Shown in pieces: positions 1 through 9,513 of a DNA stretch of 64,000 nt; position 1 is the first letter of the stretch, and each line of letters begins with the position of its first letter. Below the pieces are notes generated by a model that ran no database searches, was not told the DNA's origin, and saw only the letters and a program-made list of their open reading frames with translations. The stretch spans positions 960,001-1,024,000 of the forward strand of contig OZ255726.1 of assembly GCA_965277405.1 (NCBI GenBank), written 5' to 3'. A program made the translations under genes and the position numbers. This DNA comes from Gammaproteobacteria bacterium. Lineage in GTDB: Bacteria; Pseudomonadota; Gammaproteobacteria; G965277405.

Positions 1-80
1 AATTTTCTATCAATCCAAGGTTTAACAATCAATATTTACTGGTATTTTCAGTCAAATAGCTGTTTTTTGGCGCAGTTATC

Positions 81-1165
81 CTACAAAACGCCACCATACT
101 TTACGTCTAACACCACCTGTCTTTTCAGGTTAAATGCAAGACACTCCAGAAATATCGCAAACTGATTCTTTGCTTCTCCCACATATCTAACCCGATGATT
201 GGTTTTTGAAAATACTCTTTCATACGGAGAACGCAGCTTGCTAAAGAATGTATCTTGGTCTTTGTTTTTATCTTTCATATTATTCTTTTTTATAGCTGCC
301 AAATGGCAACGCTTTTTAGCGGCTGCATGTCTTGCTCCTTTGCTGCAATAACCTTTATCTGCATATATAGCTCCTTGTGTTGGAATAACATGACCAATAC
401 CTTGTCCGTCTGTTACGTTAGCTGGAGTTATCGCTACTTTATTAATCAAGCCTGACTGCATATCAACACTAATATGTTTCTTATAGCCATACCAAAATTT
501 ACCGTTATCTTTGCAGCCAATGCTGGCTTGTTTGTCTGTAGCTACTTTAGGCAAAACCTCATTATTAAGTTTGGCGTACTTTTGCTGGATTGCTCTATCT
601 CCCTCTTCCCACAAATTAGCTTTAGCTATTAAATGAGAGGCATCTATACAAGTAAATACCTCATTCATGTACCCATGTTGTTGCAATTGAGCGCGAACAT
701 CTGCAAATATCTTAGATAATTGGTGCGTACCTATACGCGCTCTAGCTCTTGTAAATACTGTATGATCTGGCGTAGGCGCGGTTAACGCTACATTAAAAAA
801 CCATTACAAAACTATTTAACAGCGGTGTTTTCTGTTAAGTAACTTTCAAGCTCTCTATCACTTAAATCTTCTAAGTGTTGCAGCAGTAGTGCTTTAAATA
901 ACAGTTCTATACCATATCCTTTATAGTTGCTAGAGCCTTGTGCTGTTTTTAAATATTTATTATCTAAGCGGCGAATATCTATTAATTGAACAAACTTTCG
1001 GTATATATGATCAGCGGCTACTAGATCTTCTAGGCAATCATTTCTACTTGTCTATGCATGATATTTAAAATATAAGGTATGTAGTTGAGTTGAATGATTT
1101 TACACTAGGCTATAAGCAATATACCTAATCAACAAGATTATTTGCCTTCTATTTGCAACAGTCCC
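81..1165 (-). mobile_element. IS5-family insertion sequence with inactivated transposase (right end outside window)
   Basis: ORF 81..686 has IS5-type DDE motifs (IDAS, WYGYKKHISVD, YADKGY, RSPYERVF, RVRYVG). The upstream part back to ATG 1059 (MHRQVEMI..LEDLV..LSDRELE..PDHTVF) contains a frameshift and a TAG at 812-814. Left terminal repeat GGGACTGTTGCAAAT ends at 1165. Confidence 0.85.
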
Positions 1166-1300
1166 GATACAGAAGATTACGACCAATTGGCAGCAACGCT
1201 GCCAAAGTTATTGGAGAATGCCGACCTAGTAAAGCTAACCAAAGCATTAGCAACAGCGGGGCTAATTAGCTACGGAATAGGTGTAGCAGCTAGCGAATGA
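1166..1300 (+). pseudogene. C-terminal 44 residues of Mu gp29/DUF935-like portal protein, truncated by the IS
   Basis: Open frame DTEDYDQLAATLPKLLENADLVKLTKALATAGLISYGIGVAASE* begins exactly at the IS end, and its TGA overlaps the MuF ATG (ATGA). This is the portal position in Mu gene order. Confidence 0.7.
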
Positions 1301-2826
1301 TACAGCCAGCTACGCCGCCACCCCCCAAGGAAGCGTTGGCGTATTTACGCGCTAAAGGATACAAAATAGGCTGGGATTATTGGGACGTGTGGCGCGAAGA
1401 ACACGTTCACGCTTTCACCGTTGCCAAAGCCATGACCCAAGACCTGCTTATCGATATCCGCAAAGCTCTTGATGAAGCTTTGGCGCAAGGCCAAACATTT
1501 CGTCAATTCAAAAAGGAAATAGAACCTATTCTTGGCAAACGCGGCTGGCTTGGCAAAGTCACTATGCCTGACGGCGCAACCGTAGAACTTGGCACGCCAC
1601 GGCGGCTAAAGATAATCTACGATACTAATATGAGAACCGCCCGCACAGCGGGACAATGGCAGCGAATCGAACGCAACAAAGACGCACTACCTTACTTGAT
1701 GTATAGCTTGGGACCGTCGCGAGAACATCGGCTGCAACATACTGCTTGGGATGGTTTGGTTCTTGCTGTTGACGATACTTTTTGGAACACCCACATGCCG
1801 CCGAATGGCTGGGGGTGTCGCTGTCGGGTCCGTCAGCTGACGAAACGCGATGCTGATAGGCGCGGCGGTATCGCCAAAACTCCAAAAATAGAAACAACGC
1901 CGTGGCAAAACAAGCGTACAGGACAGCTTCAGGAGGTGCCTACAGGCATCGACCCCGGTTGGGATTATAACCCAGGCAAAGTGCGTTCAGGGAAAGCCCA
2001 ACAATTCAGCCAAGATAAAGATGCGGAATTTAAACGTATTGTTGGTACGGCGGCAGCGGCAGTAAAAGTAGAGCGGCGCGCTATCCCGAGTGCTATGTCT
2101 ACATTAAAAAACATATCCGCAGAAAATATAGACGATGTGTTGCAGCAATTACCGGCTGCTGAAGATCGTTTGAAAAAGGTAATTGCTTTCACCAACGCCA
2201 AAGGAACAAAGACATTAATCATTCGTCAAGCTGAAATGGGTCGGCTAAATAGTGCTGCCATGAAAATAAGGGAGCAGGTCTTAGCTTATCTAGATAAAAA
2301 CCAACACAAGTATGGCACCCGTAACTATACAATAAACGGACATGGTAGCACTGATGGCTTTAGTGGTATATCATTCAACCATGTGGTGATCAAAGGCAAC
2401 AGCAAAGTTAATTTTAATACAGCGGATAACAAGGGGCTTGCTGTAGAATTAAACCAAGCGGTTGCTCATGCTGCTGCAACGAGGAAGAAGATACCCCGTA
2501 ACTTGTTAGAAAAAAAACCAGAATTGGCACAAAAACCAGAAGTTTGGACATTGGGTTACAGTGGTAGCAAAGAAGCTAAAATAATCGCCACATGGGTTCA
2601 TGAATTGGGTCATCAAGTACATTATTGGGCTGGTGCGCCCGATGCCCCTACTGGGTCAAAGTATCTGACAAAATATAGTCAAGCCAACAAGTACGAATAC
2701 CACGCTGAACATTTCAGCGCATGGTTATTTAACCGAGATGGTTTGGCGAAGTTTGATCCAGCAGCAGCCAAGCATTTTGATGAATTGATAGAAAAAGCCA
2801 TTCAAGGCAAACACAGGACACGCTAA
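1297..2826 (+). CDS. MuF (Mu gp30/gpF-like) minor head protein with C-terminal HExxH zinc metallopeptidase extension
   Basis: N-half has AFTVAK, TPRRLKIIYDTN, DDTFWNTHMPPNGWGCRCRV and DPGWDYNPG. C-terminus has HELGH..YLTKYSQANKYEYHAEHF. Confidence 0.88.
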   Translation: MIQPATPPPPKEALAYLRAKGYKIGWDYWDVWREEHVHAFTVAKAMTQDLLIDIRKALDEALAQGQTFRQFKKEIEPILGKRGWLGKVTMPDGATVELGTPRRLKIIYDTNMRTARTAGQWQRIERNKDALPYLMYSLGPSREHRLQHTAWDGLVLAVDDTFWNTHMPPNGWGCRCRVRQLTKRDADRRGGIAKTPKIETTPWQNKRTGQLQEVPTGIDPGWDYNPGKVRSGKAQQFSQDKDAEFKRIVGTAAAAVKVERRAIPSAMSTLKNISAENIDDVLQQLPAAEDRLKKVIAFTNAKGTKTLIIRQAEMGRLNSAAMKIREQVLAYLDKNQHKYGTRNYTINGHGSTDGFSGISFNHVVIKGNSKVNFNTADNKGLAVELNQAVAHAAATRKKIPRNLLEKKPELAQKPEVWTLGYSGSKEAKIIATWVHELGHQVHYWAGAPDAPTGSKYLTKYSQANKYEYHAEHFSAWLFNRDGLAKFDPAAAKHFDELIEKAIQGKHRTR

Positions 2827-3008
2827 TGACAGAAGAAGAGGCAATTCAAACATCACTAAAGCTGCTAAAACAAGATGCAACTGTTGCAACGGGCAAAGCC
2901 CTTGAAGCGTTGGAACCGCATATACCGGCTGATAAATTTGGTAATCTATGGGAAGCCTTCCTTGCTTCAGCACCTATTGAAGTACTCATAGAACTAGATA
3001 ATCAATAA
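2826..3008 (+). CDS. Small acidic protein, candidate immunity protein for the MuF C-terminal domain
   Basis: 60 aa; TAATG overlap with MuF stop; fills the gap before the late promoter. Confidence 0.55.
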   Translation: MTEEEAIQTSLKLLKQDATVATGKALEALEPHIPADKFGNLWEAFLASAPIEVLIELDNQ

Positions 3009-3015
3009 ACCCTCG

Positions 3016-3065
3016 CCACAGGTATAGTTTTTTACCTGAACCCCCGCCGTGTTTAACGCTACGGT
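3016..3065 (+). promoter_or_regulatory. Putative activator-dependent late promoter (copy 1)
   Basis: 24-bp CCACAGGTATAGTTTTTTACCTGA (dyad CAGGTA-N8-TACCTG) identical to 11057-11080; TACGGT -10-like hexamer 20 nt downstream. Confidence 0.65.
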
Positions 3066-3072
3066 GGTGGGC

Positions 3073-4095
3073 ATGACGGCAACAACTTTTGCATTAAATA
3101 CTGAACTTCGGCCGCTTTTGGAAGCAATAGCTGCACAAAAAGCTGCGCCGTTGTGGGTGGAACTTATACCTGCGGGCAAGGCTGTCGCCGGTAGGGATGG
3201 TCGTGAGTGGCTCAACGCCAACCCCAAGCAAATTGTTGATGCTTTTGCAAAAAATGCCGCTTACCTCCCTATCGATTTAGAACATTCTACGGAGCATAAA
3301 GCCCCAAAAGGTGAACCCGCCCCAGCTGTAGGATGGCTAAAAGCACTGCAAGCACGTGAAGGTGGCGCAATTTGGGGACTTGTCGAATGGACCGATGAAG
3401 GACGGGCGTTGCTTGAAGCAAAAGCATACAAATATTTATCGCCTGTATTCTCCTTCAACACAGCAAACAAACAGATCACACAACTGTATTCGGCTGGTTT
3501 AACCAATCAGCCCAACCTGCATTTAACCGCGCTGAACCAGCGCATCAACAACTTTATTGGAGAAGAAGCTATGAGCGTATCACCAGCTATCTGTACCGCG
3601 CTGGGTCTGCCAGCGCAAGCTACTGAAGAGCAAACCGTATCTGCCATTAACCAGCTGCAAACAGACAAAGACAAGGCTCTTAATACTGCTGCCAATAATC
3701 CGTCTTTACCGTCTTTACCGTCTTTAGAAAAGTTTGTGCCACGCGCCGATCATGATGCCGCGTTGAATCGCGCTCAAAATGCCGAAACCAAGCTGCAGGA
3801 AATCCAAGACACCACATTAAATCTGCAAATTGAAGACGAATTGGATAAAGCACAACAAGCAGGAACGATTACCCCCGCGACATTGGCTTATCACCGCGCT
3901 TGCTGCAAACAAGCAGGGGGGCTGCAACGTTTTCAAGAATTTGTTAAGTCAGCCCCAAAGTTTGGTGCAGACACCGACTTGGACAACAAGGCGGCAAACA
4001 AACACCGCAAAGGTTTGAGTGAAGAAGACAAGGCAGCGTGTCGCTTACTCGGGGTAGCTGAAGACGAATTTACTACAACCAAGGAGGCCGCGTAA
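3073..4095 (+). CDS. Mu gpI-like prohead protease / scaffold
   Basis: WVELIPAG..GRDGR, LPIDLEHST, APAVGW, VEWT, YKYLSPVF, AGLTNQPNL; probable internal scaffold start at 3571. Confidence 0.92.
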   Translation: MTATTFALNTELRPLLEAIAAQKAAPLWVELIPAGKAVAGRDGREWLNANPKQIVDAFAKNAAYLPIDLEHSTEHKAPKGEPAPAVGWLKALQAREGGAIWGLVEWTDEGRALLEAKAYKYLSPVFSFNTANKQITQLYSAGLTNQPNLHLTALNQRINNFIGEEAMSVSPAICTALGLPAQATEEQTVSAINQLQTDKDKALNTAANNPSLPSLPSLEKFVPRADHDAALNRAQNAETKLQEIQDTTLNLQIEDELDKAQQAGTITPATLAYHRACCKQAGGLQRFQEFVKSAPKFGADTDLDNKAANKHRKGLSEEDKAACRLLGVAEDEFTTTKEAA

Positions 4096-5015
4096 TGGCT
4101 ATCGTAACCCCACAATTGTTGACGAGTTTATTTACAGGTTATCAAACTAGTTTTCAAAACGGGCTAGGAATGGCGCAGCCGCAATATACAAAAATTGCGA
4201 GTGTTATTAAATCATCAAGTGCCAGTAACACTTATGGTTGGCTGGGGCAATGGCCGGGCTTTCGCGAATGGATTGGCGATCGCAGCATTAAAGATATGGA
4301 AGCACAAGGCTACCAAATTTTTAACAAACAATTTGAAAGCACTGTTGGCGTGAAACGTACTGATATCGAAGATGACAATCTAGGCATTTACACGCCGATG
4401 ATGCAAGAAATGGGTCGTGCTACTAATATATTCCCCGATGAGTTAATTTTTCCGCTATTAAAGGCTGGTTTTGATTCTGAATGTTATGACGGTCAATACT
4501 TTTTTGACAATGACCACCCACTCAACGACCAAGTAGACGGACAAGGGACAGATGCCAGCGCATCAAATATACTTGTCGATGCTAATTACACCGGTGAAGC
4601 GTGGTACTTGCTCGATACTTCCCGTGCATTAAAACCTTTAATATACCAACAGCGGAAAACTCCTAAGCTAGTTAGCATGACTAAAGACGATGATGAGTCT
4701 GTTTTTATGCGCGGCGAATACAGATATGGTGTTGACCTACGTTGTAACGCTGGTTTCGGCTTTTGGCAAATGGCTCACGGGGTACAAGCCGACCTTACTT
4801 TAAATAACTTATGGGCGGTATACAGCGCCATGCGTCAGCGTAAAGCTGACGGCGGCCGCCCTTTGGGGATTAAACCAAATATGCTGGTTATTCCCGCGTC
4901 GTTAGAAAAACAGGCTACACAATTGCTAGAACGCGAGTTGTTTGTAGACGGTACTGACCATGTTTCTAATGAGATGAAAGGTAAATTTGCAATAGTTATA
5001 GCTGATTATTTGTAA
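4095..5015 (+). CDS. Mu gpT-like major capsid protein
   Basis: NTYGWLGQWPGFREWIGDR, DIEDDNLGIY, CYDGQYFFDNDHP, GFGFWQMA. Confidence 0.95.
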   Translation: MAIVTPQLLTSLFTGYQTSFQNGLGMAQPQYTKIASVIKSSSASNTYGWLGQWPGFREWIGDRSIKDMEAQGYQIFNKQFESTVGVKRTDIEDDNLGIYTPMMQEMGRATNIFPDELIFPLLKAGFDSECYDGQYFFDNDHPLNDQVDGQGTDASASNILVDANYTGEAWYLLDTSRALKPLIYQQRKTPKLVSMTKDDDESVFMRGEYRYGVDLRCNAGFGFWQMAHGVQADLTLNNLWAVYSAMRQRKADGGRPLGIKPNMLVIPASLEKQATQLLERELFVDGTDHVSNEMKGKFAIVIADYL

Positions 5016-5062
5016 CACCAGTAGCAGCATCGCCACTGGCTTTTGTATTGGAGAGCATACCC

Positions 5063-5401
5063 ATGAGTGAGTTACTTTTTATTCGTGCCAACAACAAGTT
5101 AGGGTTTCGTCGTGCTGGTGAGTTTTTTTCGTCACAAGGCAAAACCATTGACCCTGCAGACTTCACTAACAGCCAATTGCAACAATTCAAGGCTGAACCC
5201 ATGTTGCTTGTTACCGCTAAGGCAGCCGCCGGCGACCCGCCCGACGGGATTATTGAAGGCATTGTCGCAGCAATGGGCGTGATTGACCCAAACAAAAAAC
5301 CAAACGTAAAAGACCTGGTAAAAGTAATAGGTAAAGACATTACCGCCACGCAACGCGACACAGCTTGGGCGGTATATCAACAACGCTTCGCAGCAGGCTG
5401 A
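5063..5401 (+). CDS. Mu-like head accessory protein (HI1506-related)
   Basis: GFRRAG..F..L..EPML motif; position after capsid; GGAG RBS before ATG 5063. Confidence 0.7.
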   Translation: MSELLFIRANNKLGFRRAGEFFSSQGKTIDPADFTNSQLQQFKAEPMLLVTAKAAAGDPPDGIIEGIVAAMGVIDPNKKPNVKDLVKVIGKDITATQRDTAWAVYQQRFAAG

Positions 5402-5407
5402 TTGATA

Positions 5408-5824
5408 ATGCCGTATGCAACCGTTGCAGCTATTACCAACAGATACGGTGATGATTTTTTGTATCCAATAGCTGACCGTGACAACGACGACACTTTAGAC
5501 ACTACCACTGTCGAAAATGCGTTGGCCGACGCCAGTAGTTTGATTGATTCGTATTTATCGACCCGTTACCCACTCCCCCTTGTGGCTTTTCCCGACCTGC
5601 TGCAGCGTTTGTGTGTAGATATCGCCGTGTATTGGTTGGCTAAAGACGGTGAAACAACCGAAGAAAAACGCCAACGGTATGCAGACGCGCTGGCATGGTT
5701 AGAACGCATAGCTACCGGTAAAGTTGCATTAAATATCACCGATTCTGAGCGCACTACGCCAATGCCAGCTATATCAGCTACCCGCGTGCGGTTATTTAGC
5801 CGCGCTACCTTGCAGGCGTTCTGA
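5408..5824 (+). CDS. Mu gp36/DUF1320 head-tail adaptor
   Basis: YAT.., ALADASSLIDSYLSTRYPLPL, CVDIAVYWL, RYADALAWLERIATGK. Confidence 0.9.
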   Translation: MPYATVAAITNRYGDDFLYPIADRDNDDTLDTTTVENALADASSLIDSYLSTRYPLPLVAFPDLLQRLCVDIAVYWLAKDGETTEEKRQRYADALAWLERIATGKVALNITDSERTTPMPAISATRVRLFSRATLQAF

Positions 5825-6273
5825 TGGCAGGCGTCGGTGCTTCACTCGAATTGCGCGGCATTAAACACCTGAATAACGTGCTCGACCGCCTTGGCGGTGT
5901 TGACCCGCAGCGGCTGATGAGCGTATTGGGTAATATTGTTGAAAAGCAAACAGTAGCTAGAATAATCGACGGCAAAGCAAGTCCTGCTGGTGCACCGTGG
6001 CAGCCATGGTCACCAAGCTACGCCAAATCAAGGCACGGTAATCAAAACTTACTGCAAAGTAGCGGTGATTTAGTTGACTCTATTCAATCGATTTGCAGCG
6101 TTAGCGGTGCTGAAATTGGCAGCAATCTAGTGTATGCGGCAAGCCACCAATTTGGTGATGCCAAGCGGGGAATCCCGCAACGTGAATTTCTTGGCGTGAG
6201 TAATGACAACATAGTTGACTTGCACAATACCCTTGAAGATTGGGCGGATAATATGATTCAGGGGGCTGTATGA
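5824..6273 (+). CDS. Phage virion morphogenesis protein (Mu gpG / P2 gpS family)
   Basis: SPAGAPWQPW, LLQSSGDLVDSI, IGSNLVYAASHQFG, IPQREFLGVS. Confidence 0.9.
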   Translation: MAGVGASLELRGIKHLNNVLDRLGGVDPQRLMSVLGNIVEKQTVARIIDGKASPAGAPWQPWSPSYAKSRHGNQNLLQSSGDLVDSIQSICSVSGAEIGSNLVYAASHQFGDAKRGIPQREFLGVSNDNIVDLHNTLEDWADNMIQGAV

Positions 6274-6794
6274 AATTTAAAGAACTACGCCGCGCGATTA
6301 TTAACAAAGTCAGCGCTGCATTACCAGAATTAAAAGTGGTTAGCCAGCACCCTGGCAGATTTAACCTCGATGAATTACAACGTATTGCCACCCAGCTACC
6401 AGCAGTGCGGGTAGCTTTGCTGGGTATGCCAACGGTTAATATTATAGCAACGGGTGAAAACGAAGCACAGCTGCGACTTGCGGCTTTTGTGGTGACGGGA
6501 GACCGCCGCCAACTACCCAAAGATGAAGCGGCGTTGGCAATTGTTGAACGTTTACTAGTTTTAATCCCTGGCCAACGCTGGGGGGTGAAAGGCACGCTGG
6601 CGGCAACGGGCGTTACAGCTGACAACTTGTTCAGCGGTAAAGTTCAACGCCAAGGCGTGGCTATGTGGGCGGTGAGTTGGGAGCAAGCCATCCGTATTGG
6701 ATCAGATGTTTGGGGCGGGGGGGTTATTCCTGCAGAAGTATATGTGTCCAACGACCCTGATAATGCCATCGATGACTATGAACGAGTGGTGTGA
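6270..6794 (+). CDS. Mu gp37/DUF1834-like tail terminator
   Basis: HPGRFNLDEL, PAVRVA, NLFSG..GVAMWAVSW; position. Confidence 0.75.
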   Translation: MKFKELRRAIINKVSAALPELKVVSQHPGRFNLDELQRIATQLPAVRVALLGMPTVNIIATGENEAQLRLAAFVVTGDRRQLPKDEAALAIVERLLVLIPGQRWGVKGTLAATGVTADNLFSGKVQRQGVAMWAVSWEQAIRIGSDVWGGGVIPAEVYVSNDPDNAIDDYERVV

Positions 6795-7261
6795 TGCTGG
6801 ATAACGTATTGCAACGTTTGGCAGAAGTAGAACGCAGTCTAGCCAACATCTTCTTAATCGGCACTATTATCGATGCCGACTACGCCAACGCCCTGCTAAA
6901 AGTCGCAGCGGGGCAACTTGAAACAGGCTGGCTGGCTTGGATAACCCCCCGCGCTAACCAAGATATAGCTTGGTGGGCACCAGAAGTCGGGGAACAGGTT
7001 GTGGTGATGTGCCCAGGCGGTGACCCAGAATTGGGGGTGGTACTGCCAGCCATTTATCAAAACAAGTATCCAGCACCCGCCAATAAGCATACTGTTAGCA
7101 AAGTCATTTTTGCAGACGGAACTAGCGTTCAATATGACCGGGAGAGCCACTTGTTGACCCTTGATGTGAAAGGCAGTGTGAGCGTGAAGACCACAGGGAA
7201 TACAGAATTCAATTGTCAAGGCAAATTTAAAGTAACAGCAGCAAGGGTGGATTTAAACTGA
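6791..7261 (+). CDS. Baseplate spike protein V (P2 gpV-like, blunt-ended)
   Basis: TGWLAW, WWAPEVGEQV, GDPELGVVLPAIY, FADGT..YDR; ends ARVDLN. Confidence 0.92.
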   Translation: MMLDNVLQRLAEVERSLANIFLIGTIIDADYANALLKVAAGQLETGWLAWITPRANQDIAWWAPEVGEQVVVMCPGGDPELGVVLPAIYQNKYPAPANKHTVSKVIFADGTSVQYDRESHLLTLDVKGSVSVKTTGNTEFNCQGKFKVTAARVDLN

Positions 7262-7551
7262 TGCCAGCAATAACGAGAAAAGGCGACAACTGTAGCGGGC
7301 ATGGGTGTTTTCCCCCGCGCGCCAGCAGCCAAGGTAGCCCCAATGTTTTTATAAATGGCAGCGCCGCGCATCGGCAAGGTGATGGATGGTCTGCGCACAG
7401 CTGCGCAACTTGCCCACCGCATGGCGGGGCGTTGGCTAGTGGTTCTGCGTCGGTATACGCCAATGGCAAGCAGATAGGTCGCATTGGTGACCCTGTTGCC
7501 TGCGGTAGCAGGGTGGCCGCTGGTTCGAGCAACGTGTTTGCAGGTGGCTAG
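7261..7551 (+). CDS. PAAR spike-tip protein
   Basis: MPAITRKGD.CSGH, GSPNVFING..AHRQGD, RIGDPVACGS. Confidence 0.92.
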   Translation: MPAITRKGDNCSGHGCFPPRASSQGSPNVFINGSAAHRQGDGWSAHSCATCPPHGGALASGSASVYANGKQIGRIGDPVACGSRVAAGSSNVFAGG

Positions 7552-7887
7552 ATGAAAGGCATACACAACAACAGCGGTAAATTGCTCAAAGGTCACGCCC
7601 ACCTGCGCCAAAGTATTACTGATATTTTGACCACGCCGCTTGGTAGCCGGGTAATGCGCCGCGAATATGGCAGCCGCCTGTTTGAATTGGTGGACGCGCC
7701 ATTGAACGCAGCCACCTTCGCCGAAATATACGCGGCAACTGCAGCAGCACTAGCACGCTGGGAACCCCGGTTAAAGCTGTTGCATGTAGCTGTAACCTGC
7801 GTGAAGGACGGACAGCTAACCCTTGATCTTGTCGGTGAGTATTTACCAGACGGCAAGAAAATAAAATTGGCAGGGCTGGTGGTATGA
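7552..7887 (+). CDS. Baseplate protein W (gpW/gp25)
   Basis: HLRQSITDILTTPLGSRVMRREYGS, LARWEPRL. Confidence 0.95.
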   Translation: MKGIHNNSGKLLKGHAHLRQSITDILTTPLGSRVMRREYGSRLFELVDAPLNAATFAEIYAATAAALARWEPRLKLLHVAVTCVKDGQLTLDLVGEYLPDGKKIKLAGLVV

Positions 7888-8774
7888 CCAACGCTATCAA
7901 TTTGGCAGAACTACCAGCACCAGCAGTTGTTCAGTCATTGGACTATGAAACTATTTTGGCAGCAATGCTGGCTGATTTGCGCGGCCGGGCACCTGCATTT
8001 ACGGCATTAGTCGAATCAGACCCCGCCTATAAAATTTTAGAAGTGGCGGCGTATCGGGAATTGTTGCTACGCCAGCGCGTCAACGATGCTGCCCATGCGG
8101 TGATGCTTGCGTATTCCAAAGGCGCCGATTTAGATAATTTAGCCGCCTTGTTTGGAGTCCCCCGCCAAGTCATAGACCCCGGCAACCCTGCTGCGCTGCC
8201 ACCTGTTGCACCTGTGTATGAGGATGACGAACGCTTGCGCCAGCGTATACCGTTGTCGTTGGAAGGCTACAGCACCGCAGGACCAATAGGTGCGTATGTT
8301 TATCACTCGCTTGCAGCTTCGGCTGATGTAAAAGACGTAGCGGTAGCAAGCCCGACACCGGGCGCAGTGGTAGTGTCCGTGTTAAGTGTTGCCGGCAATG
8401 GCAGCGCGACCACTGCGCTGTTGAATACAGTTGCACGACACTTAAACCATGATGATATACGCCCGTTGACTGACCACGTGACAGTATTGGGGGCGTCTGT
8501 TCTCGAATACCAAGTAAATGCCACACTAATCTTTTACCGTGGTCCTGGTAAATCAAAGATAGCTGCACATGCTCGTCAGCAAGCGGGCGCATACGTTACG
8601 CAACAACACAAACTTGGTCGTGATATACCTGTATCAGGGCTGTATGCGGCTTTGCATCAATCAGGTGTTCAGAACGTTATTATCGCCAGCCCTGCCGCTG
8701 ATATCGTAGTGCAGCCCCATCAAGCCGCATTTTGTACCAATATGACGATTATTGCAGGTGGTTGGCATGAATAG
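7884..8774 (+). CDS. Baseplate protein J
   Basis: LESDP..KILEV.AYRELLLRQRVNDAA, STAGP.GAY, IRPLTDHV. Confidence 0.95.
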   Translation: MTNAINLAELPAPAVVQSLDYETILAAMLADLRGRAPAFTALVESDPAYKILEVAAYRELLLRQRVNDAAHAVMLAYSKGADLDNLAALFGVPRQVIDPGNPAALPPVAPVYEDDERLRQRIPLSLEGYSTAGPIGAYVYHSLAASADVKDVAVASPTPGAVVVSVLSVAGNGSATTALLNTVARHLNHDDIRPLTDHVTVLGASVLEYQVNATLIFYRGPGKSKIAAHARQQAGAYVTQQHKLGRDIPVSGLYAALHQSGVQNVIIASPAADIVVQPHQAAFCTNMTIIAGGWHE

Positions 8775-9513
8775 CCTGTTACCACCGAACGCCACTACAG
8801 CCGAAATTGCCGTCGAGCAAACTACAGCGCGGTTGGGCAAAATTCCTGTAGAAATCGGCAAATTGTGGAACCCTGCCACCTGCCCTGTTGAATTGCTGCC
8901 CTGGCTAGCGTGGGCGTTGTCAGTGGATGAATGGGAAAGCCAGTGGAGTGAACAAACCCGACGAGAAGTTATTAAGCAATCCGCCAAAGTTCACCGCAAC
9001 AAAGGCACCCGCGGCGCGGTAGAGCGGGCTTTGCGCGCTGTTGGAGTGCGTATCGAATTGCAAGAATGGTTCGAGAACAGCAGCGCACAAACCCCACATA
9101 CCTTTAACCTGACTACATTTGCCAATGAAGCCCAGGCACCAGCTAGCGCTGCTGTTCTTGACCCAGCATTTTTCAATATGGTACGCGCTAGCGTGGCTGC
9201 CACCAAGCCCGTGCGCAGCCATTATACAATCCGTGTTGCTGCTGCTTTTGACGATGGCATTGGTATTTACAACATTTTCAAGGCAGGGCAGTCAGTCCGG
9301 TGCGCGGCAGAGACACAACAACAACCAATCAAAGCCAGCTGTGGGATAAATAACGATGGCATTGGTATTTACAACATTTTCAAGGCAGGGCAGTCAGTCC
9401 GGTGCGCGGCAGAGACACAACAACAACCAATCAAAGCCAACTGTGGGATAACTTCGGCTGTGCTGCTACAAACAGTTGCCTTGGCTAATTTTACGATGGA
9501 GGCTGCAGCATGA
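8767..9513 (+). CDS. Tail protein I (P2 gpI) with internal 34-aa duplication
   Basis: SLLPPNAT, LWNPATCPVELLPWLAWALSVDEW, HRNKGT. Confidence 0.92.
   Translation: MNSLLPPNATTAEIAVEQTTARLGKIPVEIGKLWNPATCPVELLPWLAWALSVDEWESQWSEQTRREVIKQSAKVHRNKGTRGAVERALRAVGVRIELQEWFENSSAQTPHTFNLTTFANEAQAPASAAVLDPAFFNMVRASVAATKPVRSHYTIRVAAAFDDGIGIYNIFKAGQSVRCAAETQQQPIKASCGINNDGIGIYNIFKAGQSVRCAAETQQQPIKANCGITSAVLLQTVALANFTMEAAA
9251..9451 (+). repeat. Tandem duplication, two 99-bp copies with 102-bp period (in frame)
   Basis: 9251-9349 and 9353-9451 differ by one G/A substitution. Confidence 0.95.

Noticed and set aside
9251-9451. DGR template/variable repeat pair
   Set aside because: Adjacent tandem copies with one mismatch; no reverse transcriptase in the window
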